Below the pieces are notes generated by a model, which saw only the letters and a program-made list of their open reading frames with translations, was not told the DNA's origin and did no database searches. The position numbers and the translations under genes are program-made. Below, piece by piece: positions 1 through 11,762 of a stretch of 64,000 nt of DNA; position 1 is the stretch's first letter, and each line of letters starts with the position of its first letter. The stretch is taken from contig CM119266.1 in the NCBI GenBank assembly GCA_051294375.1, positions 3,093,812 to 3,157,811 on the forward strand, written 5' to 3'. The stretch comes from Paraspadella gotoi (taxonomy: Eukaryota > Animalia > Chaetognatha).

Positions 1-961
1 ATTATTCTTTTTTTAAACGATCCGCAGAAATTGTAACCAACAGCCAAGTAGATTGTGACAATACGCGGCTGAAACTAATTGTGTCGCTTAAACAACTACA
101 ACCAAAAGGAAAAGAAAAAAAAAAAAAGATTGAAAAAACATTTCGGCCCAGTAGTCGTTTCGACCAAAAGGGGGTGCAGTCGGGAGAGGGGGGCGTTGGA
201 TTGAGCGAGGCTGGAGGAAAAGAGGAGAGAGAAAACCAAAGCGTTTGAAATGCTGCCGTTAGGAGAGCAGGAAAGCAATGGGCACTAAAACAAAACAAAA
301 GGCAAGTTAAGTAAAGAGTGAAAACAATTAAGGAAGGCTGAAAAATATGAAATTGAGCTCTTCACAAAAAAGTGACTGAGAGAGAGACGTGCGCTTAAGA
401 GAGGACGTCGGTCATTTTGACTGGGACAGAAAAATTCGTAACCAAAACAAAAAAAAAAAAGAATTTTTTGAAACCGAAAATGAAAAGCATAATTAGGTCC
501 ATTTTGGCGTCTCTTTAGACGCCTAACCGCCGTCCCGCCCTCCCGCCAACAATAGTCTGTCACGGCGCAACCAATAGTCTCTCCTATTCTCTCCACGGTC
601 TACCCAACTAGATGACCATAGGCTAACACCCCATGTCGCATAACATGGCCTCCTAACCATAATAACCATGCCCCATGGTCTTCCTCCTATCTCTCGGTTA
701 CCCCCATCTTTTACCAGGTATTTCTCTCTCCCTCCCTTACCCCCTGTCCTTCGCCCCCCCTACTTAACCCCTATCTCTCGCCCTACCCTCCCCCCCCCAA
801 AAAAAAAATGTGGCTCCGACGGGAAAACGAGTTTTCTTGAAATATGAACCCATTGAAAAGTTGGACGTCGTTGTGCTCGCGGCCGTCGTCGGCGTCGCTT
901 TGGGCCAATGGACACTTTGAACAGTGTCACAAACTTTAGCGTTCGGCGTCGAGTTTTTCAC

Positions 962-1064
<103 letters not shown>

Positions 1065-1234
1065 CACGCGTTCGTCGTCATTATCATCGAGGCGACACTT
1101 CAGTCGCATTGCCAGCTTTAGTCCGACACTGACAGACTGTCACCTTTGTCATCAACATCATCGTCATCTTTAATCCTTTTGACGTTTCTCCGACTTAATT
1201 ATCGCTTGTAACCGGACGCATGGCGTCGATAACG

Positions 1235-1271
<37 letters not shown>

Positions 1272-2519
1272 AATCCTTCTAGTCTTCCTTATCATCTCCA
1301 TTATCTCCGTCATAAATCAGCGCTACCATTGGCCGACTTCCCTCGCGCCATCAGCCAATGAGAAGTCGCCAATAAAATCTGAGCGATGAGACGAACCCGT
1401 AGCTTCGGACATCGCAGTCTGCCCCCAGCCCTCCCCTTCCTTCGCCCTTCAACCCTCATTGCAATCTCTGCCCCTTTAGACCCTTTAAACCCTTTGCCAT
1501 AAAATTCCTCCCCTTCACACCCTGCACTCCGCCCCATAGCCAGGTTCAAAGGTCGCAACTTCCAATCTCGATTCTAGGGTTAAACGCTTTCGCCTTAAAA
1601 TCATTCATCACATTTCGGCGGCAGAAGTCGACGGTGATTGGCTGAGGCGAGAGGGAAACGCCGTAAACGGTTAACGTTATTGGTTACAGCATTAATGAAG
1701 TTAACTGTTACGCCATTGATGACGTTAACGGTTACCCAAATAACTTTTACATTTCAACCGTTAATAAAGTTAATGGTTTCGCCATTTGCGTTATCGGTGA
1801 TTCCGATTGGCGGTAATGCCTCAGTGCTTAGCTTAGCTTCGTTAGTGGTTCTCACGTGAACGTTAACAATTCCTCCATTTATAAAGTAAACGATTACAAG
1901 CAATGCTGCTAACAGTTATCCGTTTCGACTCAATGTAATAGATTTATGCCAACATTTTCGTAGTAACGACACAAGGCCGTTAAGCGTTCAACTTCCAACG
2001 TCGTGAACTTCTACTTTCAAGAGAGAAAACCATGACAGTGAACAATCCGTGACTAACGCGTCGACAAAGAAGGAAAAGCAAAGTTCTCAAAAATCGTTAT
2101 GGAAAAAACACGACGACGACAACGACTAATACAAAAGGGCCAACAACAACAACAACATAGACCACTACAGCAACAACAAAGACAATAACACTTTTTTTTA
2201 ACAGCAACAACAAAGACAACTAAAACAACGAAAGAGAGAACAGCAAAATCAAAAAACAACAACAACGTTTAGCCAAATATAGTGAGAGTTTTCATAAAAA
2301 CAACTTAAAATTTGTGAAAGAAATCTGAAAGAAATCAGTGCAATATTAACATTATTATTTTTCATTAATTCTAACAGAAACCTTATTTTACCTGAACTGC
2401 AAAGACGGGTCGTTCTAGCAGTTCAGATTTATTTTTTTTCAATCTGGGAAAATTCGAAAAAAAATGTTGAAGGAATACGAAATGATAATCCGCTTCGAAC
2501 TTGTTTTTCTTTCGAAGAA

Positions 2520-2551
<32 letters not shown>

Positions 2552-3005
2552 CGACGACGACAACTTCGAAAGATTGTGACGGGGACTGAAAAAGACAAAA
2601 AGAAACAAAAAGTTCGTTTTAATCCGAAGTCAAAATAGAAAAATCTCAGCTGTAGGAAGGCGATAAAAAAAGAGAGGGAGAGAGAGATATGACGGTGGAG
2701 AAAGAGAGAGAAAGAGAGAGAAAAAATCAACTAAGTATAAAGAAAATTGCGACAAATTTCCTAGGGTATATTATCCAATTTCTCTCTTTCTCGTTCTCTC
2801 TCTCTCGCGTTCAAATCAAATTTAAATCGTTAAATAAAAAATCATTTCATGTAGCTTCTTTCTTTATCACGTTACTCTCTCCCTCTCTGTCTCTAAACCC
2901 CAAGGGAGTATTTGGGAATTTCAAACAAACCTGGGATCAGAGTTAAGGTGACACACTTGAATGGCCCTCACTTGCCCCAGGCGGCCTCCAAACAAGCGAA
3001 CACCC

Positions 3006-3062
<57 letters not shown>

Positions 3063-3190
3063 AATCATCATCATCATCATCATCCTCAAAATTATTTTAT
3101 TAATATCATCGTCATCATATTTAATATCGTTATCATAATCACTATCACTCTCATCATCATCATCACGTTCATAATTGTCATCATCATCTT
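3006..3190. repeat. (CAT)n microsatellite, degenerating 3'
   Basis: Perfect CAT run at 3006-3083, then degenerate units; explains the poly-H and poly-M ORFs. Confidence 0.95.
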
Positions 3191-3215
3191 CCATGGAAAC
3201 GTTCGATGTTGACAG

Positions 3216-3258
3216 GATTCACCTTAGCAACCGAGCGGAGCTGACCCCGGGAATCCCG
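3216..3258 (+). CDS. Candidate 43-nt micro-exon (IHLSNRAELTPGIP), product unknown
   Basis: ttgacag acceptor, open GC-rich frame and gtaagc donor, forming a complex island between microsatellites. No partner exon confirmed. Confidence 0.3.
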
Positions 3259-3286
3259 GTAAGCGCAGGAAACTAGGCGACGAAGC

Positions 3287-3315
3287 GAGAGAGAGAGAGA
3301 GAGAGAGGGAGAGAA

Positions 3316-3373
<58 letters not shown>

Positions 3374-3440
3374 AGAGAAAGAGAGAGAGAGAGAGAAATA
3401 GAGAGAAAGAGAGAAAGAGAGAGAGAGAGAGAAAGAGAGA
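3287..3440. repeat. (GA)n microsatellite, representative of many (e.g. 10700-10790, 10935-11010, 12860-12906, 17408-17490, 32930-32978, 35963-36060)
   Basis: Direct reading; source of the many ERERER/LSLSLS ORFs. Confidence 0.97.
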
Positions 3441-4061
3441 ATGAGATAAAGTCCGTAACTTTTAATCAATTTCTGAGAAAACGCCGAAGATTAGCCTCGG
3501 AAGCTAAAGAAACAAAATGTTTTGTTTTTGTATAGGTTAGCCTAAAGTTAGTATACAAATATATTCAAATATATATAAAGTTGTTTATAAAAACGCCGTG
3601 ATATATAAAACTATAAAATACTATAAACGTTACTGATAAACGATAAAATGATTTTAAACTACTACTTTTGCTGCAAACTTTGGTTGTCCGATGTTTAAGG
3701 GTCTTTTGTTTGTCAAGTTTCATATTTCTAGACGCGAGATAAAAATCGAAAGCATTGCCTAATTCCCGGTATCCATTTAGTGCCATCTGTGTTTATTTTC
3801 CTAAAACGCCGAAAGATATTCTAGCGCTGCATGGAAAATAAATCTGGTTCGGTCAGAATTTCTGGGCGAAACTTATGGCGACGATAAGTGGATGCAACAG
3901 ATTTGAGTCAGCGACGCTTCCAGATTATTTTGCATTGCAATTTTTGTTTTCGCTAAAATCTAAATCTAAAAATCTAAATGGAATTTATTCTCTGTGATGA
4001 CTTTATACTTATTTACATCGTGAAAAATTATTGATTACTGACAGTTTTTTTTATTGGCAGA

Positions 4062-4839
4062 ATGAGCTCTCACACGTTCGCCCGTGAATGTCTCCGCGTC
4101 TCACTATTTTTCTCATTCATCATATTCACTAACTGTTCGACTTATTCACCCAATGAGTCCAGATTCACTCCTACCCGAAGCGAAGGGAAAGTGGTGACAA
4201 CTTTAAAATCCAATGGAGTGAAGATGATGACGGTACGAAAGGAGCGGACAAGGAAAGGAGGTAAATCAGGGGACACTAATCTGTCTAACTCCCTTACAGC
4301 CTAATCTTATGCAAAAATAATTTTCTCAAGGCGAAGCAAAGAAAATCTCCGCAAAAACAACGGAGGGCTTCAGGGGAAAACTCCCATTGGTGTCACCTAT
4401 TTATTTTTCGCCAAATAGAAATGCCAGATTGCAGCGGATGCTTCTCAATGGCGTTTGCGATGACAGAAACGACTGCGATCCATTTCCGGCATTTTGGAGT
4501 ATCGTAAAAGACAAGCTTAATTTTTTCTGCTTCAAGAGACCTAAAGTTGTCGTCGGCCTACAATTTTACTCAAGGAGATACAATACGTATGCTGTCCACG
4601 AATTTGGAATAAAAGTCGCCAATCTCTCGTCCCAAAATATAAAGATCTTTGCAACGTCTTGGGTCGAGGTATCTCGGGTCACTGTCACTCATCAAAATGA
4701 AGAAAACGATAAGATTTTGAAGGCAGCCTTTATGATCCCTGTTGGAAATCAACGTCTGGCGGATTGTGTTGCTCTCGTTTGTCAGTCAATTCAACAGTAT
4801 TGTGGTATCTGGCGGTTTAGGTTTTGGGAAAAGATTTGA
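4062..4839 (+). CDS. Gene A: join(4062..4260,4331..4839), secreted or membrane-anchored protein of unknown family, possible galactose-binding/discoidin-like fold
   Basis: Exon 1 of 199 nt has a hydrophobic N-terminal stretch (VSLFFSFIIF) and ends ggag|gtaaat (phase 1). The 70-nt intron has ctaac/ctaat branch motifs and a ttttctcaag acceptor. Exon 2 continues in frame (GEAKKISAKTTEGFRGKLPLVSP...CGIWRFRFWEKI*). Both exons are paralogous to gene B. Confidence 0.85.
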
Positions 4840-4997
4840 AGAAAACCAGAAGCTGTCACAAGGAGTATATCTTTGTTTAACGCATTTATGTACATATGTT
4901 TTTGTCTCTTTTTTATCGCTGAATCATTCCATTGTGGTGTAAATAACAACTGCTCAGTGCTAACCATGTTTACGCGCCGAATTTCTTTATCTACAGG

Positions 4998-7900
4998 ATG
5001 ACCATCGATATTCATTCCCCGTCTCACCGTAAACATTTCCGCTTATTTATTTTTTTCTCATTCGTAATTTTCACATCCGGTTTGACTTATTCACCCAACG
5101 AGTTCACGTTTACTCCCGCCCAAAGCGATGGAAAAGTGATGACAACTTTAAAATCCAATGGAGTGAAGATGATGATGGTACGAAAGGAGAGGACAAGGAA
5201 AGTAGGTAAAAAGAACTGATTCATCTGTGTGTCTGTCTTTCTGAAGATTGTGGCCGTTGAACCGTTGAACCGTTGAACCGTTGACAAGAAAAGGAGGTAA
5301 AAGAACTGATTCATTGTGTGTCTGTCTTTTTGAAGATTGTGCGTTGAACCGTTGAACCGTTGAACCGTTGAACCGTTAAAGTTGACAAGAAAAGGAGGTA
5401 AAAAGAACTGATTCATTTGTGTGTCTGTCTTTTTGAAGATTGTGGCCGTTGAACCGTTGAACCATTGAACCATTGAACCATTGAACCGTTGAACCGTTGA
5501 ACCGTTGAACCGTTGACAAGGAAAGGAGGTAAAATGAACTGATTCATCTGTGTGTCTGTCTTTTTGATGATTGTGGCCTACAAGGGTTAAGGGGTTCCTG
5601 GCTGAGGTTAGACAATTTTAAGGCCAAGCATGATGGAATTGGTTGAACCGTTTACTTAGGAGGCGGCCAGTGAGTGTCCACTAGCGCGGATTATAAATAC
5701 ATAACTTGAATTAAACCATCTCGAGTCCTCCTAATATTTTGGTTTTACCATTTTTTAATCTATTTAACTGATATCTGGACAATTTTAATCGCTAACCGAT
5801 TCCGTTCACGTCAAAACGTAACGAGGGTTAGAATCCAACATTGAAATCCCAGTCTCTCCGAGTTTGTCGTCTGCTTAAATCTCCGACTCGAGCGCGGCTT
5901 CTGATTGGTCGAAATCTGAGAATCCTGGATTTCGATTCGCGGATTTAAGTTTACTACTCCGACGTGAGGAGCGATACTCTTACTCCGTGAGCCAAGTTCG
6001 ATGATCCAAAAGAAAAATTTATTATTCAAAAAATACTAATCAAAATAAATAAATGATTATATCTTTTGATAGAAAAATCATTGACGTTTTTAAAATGTCA
6101 AAAATATGAGTTAAAATCGACTCAGAACATGCTCAAAATGAGCCCCTCCCAACTCAAGACAAACACGTCATCACTTGAAAGTTTTTCATCGCCGACCGAA
6201 TGACATCGCCCGAGAGCTGTGCCACTTTTTCCTGATGCAATGCTTCAATGCCGCCAACGTTGTTGGTTTCTTCCTCAAGACCTCAGAATTGACAAATACC
6301 CAAAAGAAAAAATCAAGTGGTGAAAGGTCCGGGGAATAACTAGGCTAGGGAAAGTTTTCTCTCCTCGAGATGACGCGGCCTTGAAATTTTTCCTGCAGAA
6401 AGTCGATTTAGTTTTTTGTACAGTGAACGGGAGAGCCATCTTGCTGGTAATACCAATTTCGCGAGGACGGGCGTCTCTTCGGGCCACACATGGTCCCTCA
6501 GCATTTCAAGATATGACTCCCCAGTAACAGTGGGTGGGCGTCCCTCTTCATCCTGCCTCCGGAGAGTCAAAATCAAACTGTCAACAAGTGTAGCCCAGAC
6601 CATCACCTTTATATCTCCTTGGAAGCGACAAGTCTCATCAGGATCCCAGGGAGCCCAGATACGATCGTTTTGTCGATTGGGAGGGGGATTCAAGCTTTTC
6701 ATCTGAGAAGATGATCTTCTGTTCAAAGCCTTCCTCCTTGGACAGAATCCATCTGCAGAATTAGCGGCGTTCTTCTTGATTCTGTGGAGTGAGCTTTTGC
6801 ACTCTCTTGCATTTGTAGGGTTTCCACCGCAAGTCTTTTCGTAGTATTCTCCTTGTGGTAGAAAAAAAGATGTTGAGATCCCGGGAGGCAGTGCGGAGAC
6901 TGTTTTTATCATTGTCCTCAAAGTATTCTTCCACGCGTTAAATATTTTCCGCAGTCCAAACGGTATTGCACTGAACGCTTTTGTCTGGCACAATGGAGCC
7001 CTTGTTCTGGAATCTCTTGACCAGACGCTGAAAGGCCATTCTTGCCGGAACTTTATGCTTGTTCTTGCACCTGAAGTGTACAATAAAGTCCCGTCGTAAC
7101 TGCATCGGTGTCTTCAAAGAGCAGTTGCAAATAATCCATTGCGCTTCGACTTCTGTAAATGGCGAGCTTTGCTGACTTTGCCATGTCGACATGTTGGGCG
7201 GAAAATTTGATTTGATGGCGTAAATGACCGATAAATCGATTGAAATCAATAGGTAAAACGTCCAACATTTTTCTTTTTAATTAAAAAAAACTGATCGAAT
7301 CTATCTTTCTCCAGTGAAGAATGGCAGTGATTTGTTTCGTATCATCGGATTTGACTCACAGGGTAAACCTCGAATTTTCTACTAACGAATATTACGTAAA
7401 AACATTTATTTCTTTATAGTTTGTAACTAGTCATAATAATAGTCATATTTAAAGTAGCTCATAATGCCGAAAGTTACAAAAAAATAAGTTAAAAATTACA
7501 CGTTAATCCAGTTATTGGATCGTCAAAACCTTTATCAAGCTCTGATTTACCTTTACTTCGTGACGTGCTTCAGGCATGTCTTTTCAAACAGGTGGTAATA
7601 TAGTTGTTTATCCAATATGATTATAACTGATAATTATTTTAATATATTGTTAATAAACTTTTTATTAATATTTAGCTAAATTTTATTTTTGGGTGACGAT
7701 TTAAGTAATATATTTATTAAAAGTTTCAAAAGTTGCGGTTTATCTCTCAATTTTTAAAAAATATGTGGTATTTATTTTAACTGAGGAAAGAGGGGAGAAG
7801 ACTGGATCTGTTTTTCTTAGAGTGACAAGTGAAATTATTGCGCTATACCGAAAAACCAATTCTTCTCTTGCTGTTATGAACGAAGATTCTGTTTGTCTAC

Positions 7901-9464
7901 GGACTTCTAAAGAATGGAATCTCACGACAGAGTTTCACCAAACTGCTAATTTCAAAGGCCAGAGAAAATGTTTTGATTATCGTTTGGATCATTTATTTGA
8001 TGTACTCCGCTGTGTTTGATTAAAAGCTGTGATGATGAAACCGTTGAATGTGATAGTAATTGCGAGGAAAAAGCGCGTATTGAGTGCTCTTGCCCATGGG
8101 AAAAAAAAAATTCCCAAGGCAGAACTGTCCTTCATCAAAGATCAAAGAGAACGAGTCGGTTATCTCGGTAAATTACAGCTCAGGCGCCTCGATCAACAAG
8201 AAACAAAATAAATAACATTTTTTGTCTTCATTTTAAAGTTTTAAGCATAATTTAATTATTTATTTAGTGGCGCTAATTCCTCCCATTTAGCTCAATTTTT
8301 CGGTTTTTTGGTATTTAGGAAAAACAGTTTTAATGTGGCAACGAATTTTATTGACAAGTAAGTCGGACATGTTTCGACTCTTATAGAGTTAGAGTCTTCA
8401 TTTTTGATAGAATAATTCATAATTTATAGAATTAAAACAATTTTATAATATCAATATTTTATGTTTTAAATCATAAAATCTGTCAATATTATTTTAATTT
8501 TAGCAATAATATATAAAAAAAATATTAATTAAAACCGACATCTTTAATTCCGTATATTGTTGATTTTTTTTGCATTTTTTGACTTTCGGTCGTATTATAA
8601 AGTGGCTTGGACGGGAAAACTGGGCGAGCGAATTTTAGTTTTTTATATCCTCGGTAATAAGTTTATATCTAAGTCAAAAAATCAAGAGGGCTCGAAGTTA
8701 TAATTTTCATGTCTTGTATTTATACTCCGAGCTAGTGTCCACTGTTCAAAGCCCTCATTGCCAATCTGTGCACCAGTTCCAGTTCAGCCTTTGACGAAAG
8801 TCAAGTTTACTGAATCTATAACTAATTCCAACTCTCGATTCCGTTTAAAGGCGTCACCCCGAAAATAATCCCCTCGGAGACAACCAAGGGATTTTTCGGA
8901 AAACTGCGATTGTCGTCGTCGACGTCGATGAATCAAAATTTAATTTCGAGGATGAATCGAATGCTGCGCGAGGGCGTCTGCTCCTCGAGCAGCCACTGCG
9001 TTACGCTACCGAATAATTGGTTCCTAAATAAGGATAAACTCGCGTTTTTTTGCTTCCTGCGGCCGAGAGTCATTGTCGGCCTGCAATTTTACCGACACGA
9101 TGCACACCTCGTCGATGAAGTCGGCATCAGAGTCGCCAATCTGTCGGCAAAGGAGATCACGAGTTTTGCCAATTCGTGGGCCGAGATATTTCGGGCCAAC
9201 GTTACCTATCGGGAGGAGAAGAGAGTGGAGGAGAAGAAAGAGGAAGTGGGAGAGGAAGTGGGAGAGGAAGAGATAGAGGAAGAGACAACTCACAAGGAAG
9301 CGTATGTCGAAATGGTCAGTCCAGTCTTTGTCATTCCCTTTGAAAAGAGAAATCCGACTGACTGCGTCGGTCTCGCTTGTCGCTCAACCGAATTTTGCGG
9401 GTTCAGGATGACAAAGTGGTGGGAAATGACAGAGGAAGAGGAAGTGAGGGGGGGGAGTGAGTGA
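4998..9464 (+). CDS. Gene B: join(4998..5205,8851..9464), tandem paralog of gene A
   Basis: Exon 1 of 208 nt shares TYSPNE..FTP..S.GKV.TTLKSNGVKMM.VRKERTRK with gene A and has a phase-1 donor gtaaaa at 5206. Branch motif actaat at 8821 and acceptor tttaaag at 8850. Exon 2 is in frame with ORF 8910..9464 and shares KDKL.FFCF.RP.V.VGLQFY, E.GI.VANLS, DCV.L.C.S and CG with gene A. Confidence 0.85.
5192..5580 (+). repeat. Compound tandem repeat: four ~90-130 bp units, each with a copy of the exon-1 end/donor plus a variable (CCGTTGAA)n array
   Basis: gacaag(g/a)aaag(t/g)ag|gtaaaa.gaactgattcat..tgtgtgtctgtcttt recurs with GT at 5206, 5297, 5398 and 5529, separated by 8-bp ccgttgaa/ccattgaa repeats. 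Confidence 0.92.
6200..7192 (-). pseudogene. Decayed Tc1/mariner-superfamily transposase, DD41D (rosa/visitor-type)
   Basis: Frameshifted and stop-interrupted translation gives an HTH region (SLRTASRDLNI..ST.RRILRKDL.WKPYK), IIFSDE, NRQNDRIW, KVMVW, V.GESYLEML, YYQQDGSPVH and P*PSYSPDLSPLDFFFW. I count 41 residues between the second and third Asp. Confidence 0.88.
7850..8211 (+). pseudogene. N-terminal remnant of the host hAT(m-like) transposase
   Basis: Joining frames gives LDHLFDVLRCV..IKSCDDETVECDSNCEEKARIECSCPWEKKIPKAELSFIKDQRERVG..G.LQ...LDQQETK. I recall this Cys-rich/KIP..E..FI.DQR motif from this transposase group; it lies inside the TIR-bounded element. Confidence 0.65.
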
Positions 9465-10454
9465 GTGTCATTATGATTGGAAAGTGAAAGGAACCGAAGT
9501 GTATTGGCGATGGAGGGAAATTATTCTTGAGATATGCGAGCTATCACTGCTAAGCTCATCAAGTTAGAGTAATTGTCTCATGTGTAAATATTAAAGATAA
9601 AATCTGGAAAGTTGCAATGTCAATTACGAATTATCTATTTCAGTATTTTTCCTTTTGTTGGTTAAGCAATTTTGAACTTATTTTCGACATTGTGGTGATA
9701 CGTCGTTTTTGAACTATTGTTTCTGTATTTTAGTTTTTGATTATAACATAATGTGTCAGTTAAAATACTTTAAAAAATGAAATGATTGAAGGTTGAAAAG
9801 TGATTAAAATAATGAAAAACAACAATACAGAAGGAAGTACATACATACATACATAGATGTAGAAAGAAAAAAGTTTAAAAAGTTAAAAGTAATGAAAGAA
9901 AATGTTTTGAAACCTCGAGGTTTCGCCGAAAGGAGAGAGAAATAAAAAAGAACAAAAATTAAAAATCGATAAATTTTCTTTCTTCCTTTTTTTTTTAATT
10001 CTTTTTCATTAATTTTATCCAGATTTGAATTTTATTTTCTCGCGAGGAAGATAATTAGCGACGCGTCGGGGGAAATCAGAAGGTGCGCGGAAGTGTCCCA
10101 TCAGTTCTTATCAAAAATTAGCAGCAAAGTCACAGTGTGGCTTGGCAGTCAAGTTACAGTGCGAGTATACAAGGGCTTACAATAAGGACAATGTCAATGA
10201 CATTAATGTTAACAATATGGAAGTCGATGCCGAGAGTCCGTTGCACAAAAGTGTAAAAACTTTGGATCTGAGACCATCCCCGGACACTACTGGATCCCCG
10301 ACACTACTGGTCCCGTTCCGCACTCTCTGTGCATTAGCTCGGCAAGCAAGATAAAGGCAACAACAAGACTGCATTCTGACTAATCAAACGGCTTTTAAAA
10401 TTTATGAAATGAAATTTATGAAACACAAATCAATTAATTAATTAAATAATTAAT

Positions 10455-10655
10455 TTAGGTCTTTTCGTCACGGACCGCGACGATGATGGGGACGACGACA
10501 ATAATGACGATAACGATTAATTCATTAAATTGAATGATTGATTTATTGATTGATAAATTAATAAATTGATAAATAAATTGATTGATTGAAAAATTAAGTA
10601 ATAAATGAATAAATTGATTGAATGAATAATTAATTGATTGATTAATTGATTCAAT
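10455..10655 (+). repeat. Dispersed repeat; inverted homolog at ~36560-36840
   Basis: tttaggtcttttcgtcac..gacgatgatgg.gacgacgacaataat..cgataacgatt followed by (ATTG)-rich sequence matches the reverse complement of 36760-36840 and its flank. Confidence 0.75.
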
Positions 10656-10698
10656 CAAAAGTTTTTTTGTTTTTTCCATTTAAAGAAAGAGAAAAAGC

Positions 10699-10785
<87 letters not shown>

Positions 10786-10932
10786 GAGAATCAAAGATTA
10801 AGGAGAAAGGAAAAGAAATGAGATAAAAGGCGAAACGAATCGAAACCGACTCGGACGAAAAGAGACAGAAATGAAACTCGGGATCTCGAAGGAAGAGAGA
10901 GAGAGAGCGAGTCAAAACCATTTTTGTAATAA

Positions 10933-11015
<83 letters not shown>

Positions 11016-11731
11016 CGCTTTTTATGGGCCGGAACAATAAAATCGGTTGTGAGGAGAAAAAAAAAAATGAAAGAAATTTGATTTTCTTTTTCTAATTTTA
11101 GAAAATTCATTCGTATCACTGATTTTCCATCGAATTAAAGAGAAGAAAATTGGAATAATGAATTTAGGAAAGAAAGATAAAAGGAAAGAAAGATAGAAAA
11201 GAAAAAGGATTCCGATGCACAGAAGCTCACGTTGTTTTAAAAAAATAAATTTAAAAAATAAAAATCAATTTTCTAATTAAAATATCAAATTGAATAACTC
11301 AAATATAAAAAAGTCAGAAAATCATAAAATTTTAGCTTTTCTCCCAACCATTTCCTAAGCCACGAAACACTTTTTTAAGAAACGATCAAAATTGATTCTT
11401 GACATCATCATCGTACAAATTAGACGTCAGAGAAATAAAAATTTGATGATAAGAAACTCGGCGGTGATTTGATGGTTTTTCGTTTTTATCGTCGGTCGAA
11501 TCGATTTTAAATGGGAATAACGCGATGCTGAAGGAAAACGAGAAATTAAACGAATTACTTCAGATTTACGAACGAACCACAACGTAAATAATAATTTAAC
11601 GAAAAAAACTGACAAAAAAAATCCAGTTTTTTTAAGCGAAAAAATAAATATTTAATTATTGTGATCTTTTGCTCGAAAGGATATTTATTATTTAATCCAT
11701 TCAAATCGAAATCTTTCAGAAAATGATGAAA

Positions 11732-11762
<31 letters not shown>

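Larger units (their letters stand above)
5682..8734 (+). mobile_element. hAT-superfamily DNA transposon (probably hATm-like), non-autonomous, 3053 bp, intronic
   Basis: Identical 8-bp TSD GTGTCCAC at 5674-5681 and 8735-8742. Imperfect TIRs: left tagcgcggattataaataca..., reverse complement of right end tagctcggagtataaataca..., with similarity extending ~50 bp to tcgag(t/c)cctc. An 8-bp TSD is typical of hAT. Confidence 0.9.

Noticed and set aside
5255-5515. CRISPR-like repeat/spacer appearance (also 39940-40115)
   Set aside because: The spacers are themselves repeats or homologous to each other, there are no cas genes, and the context is eukaryotic intron.
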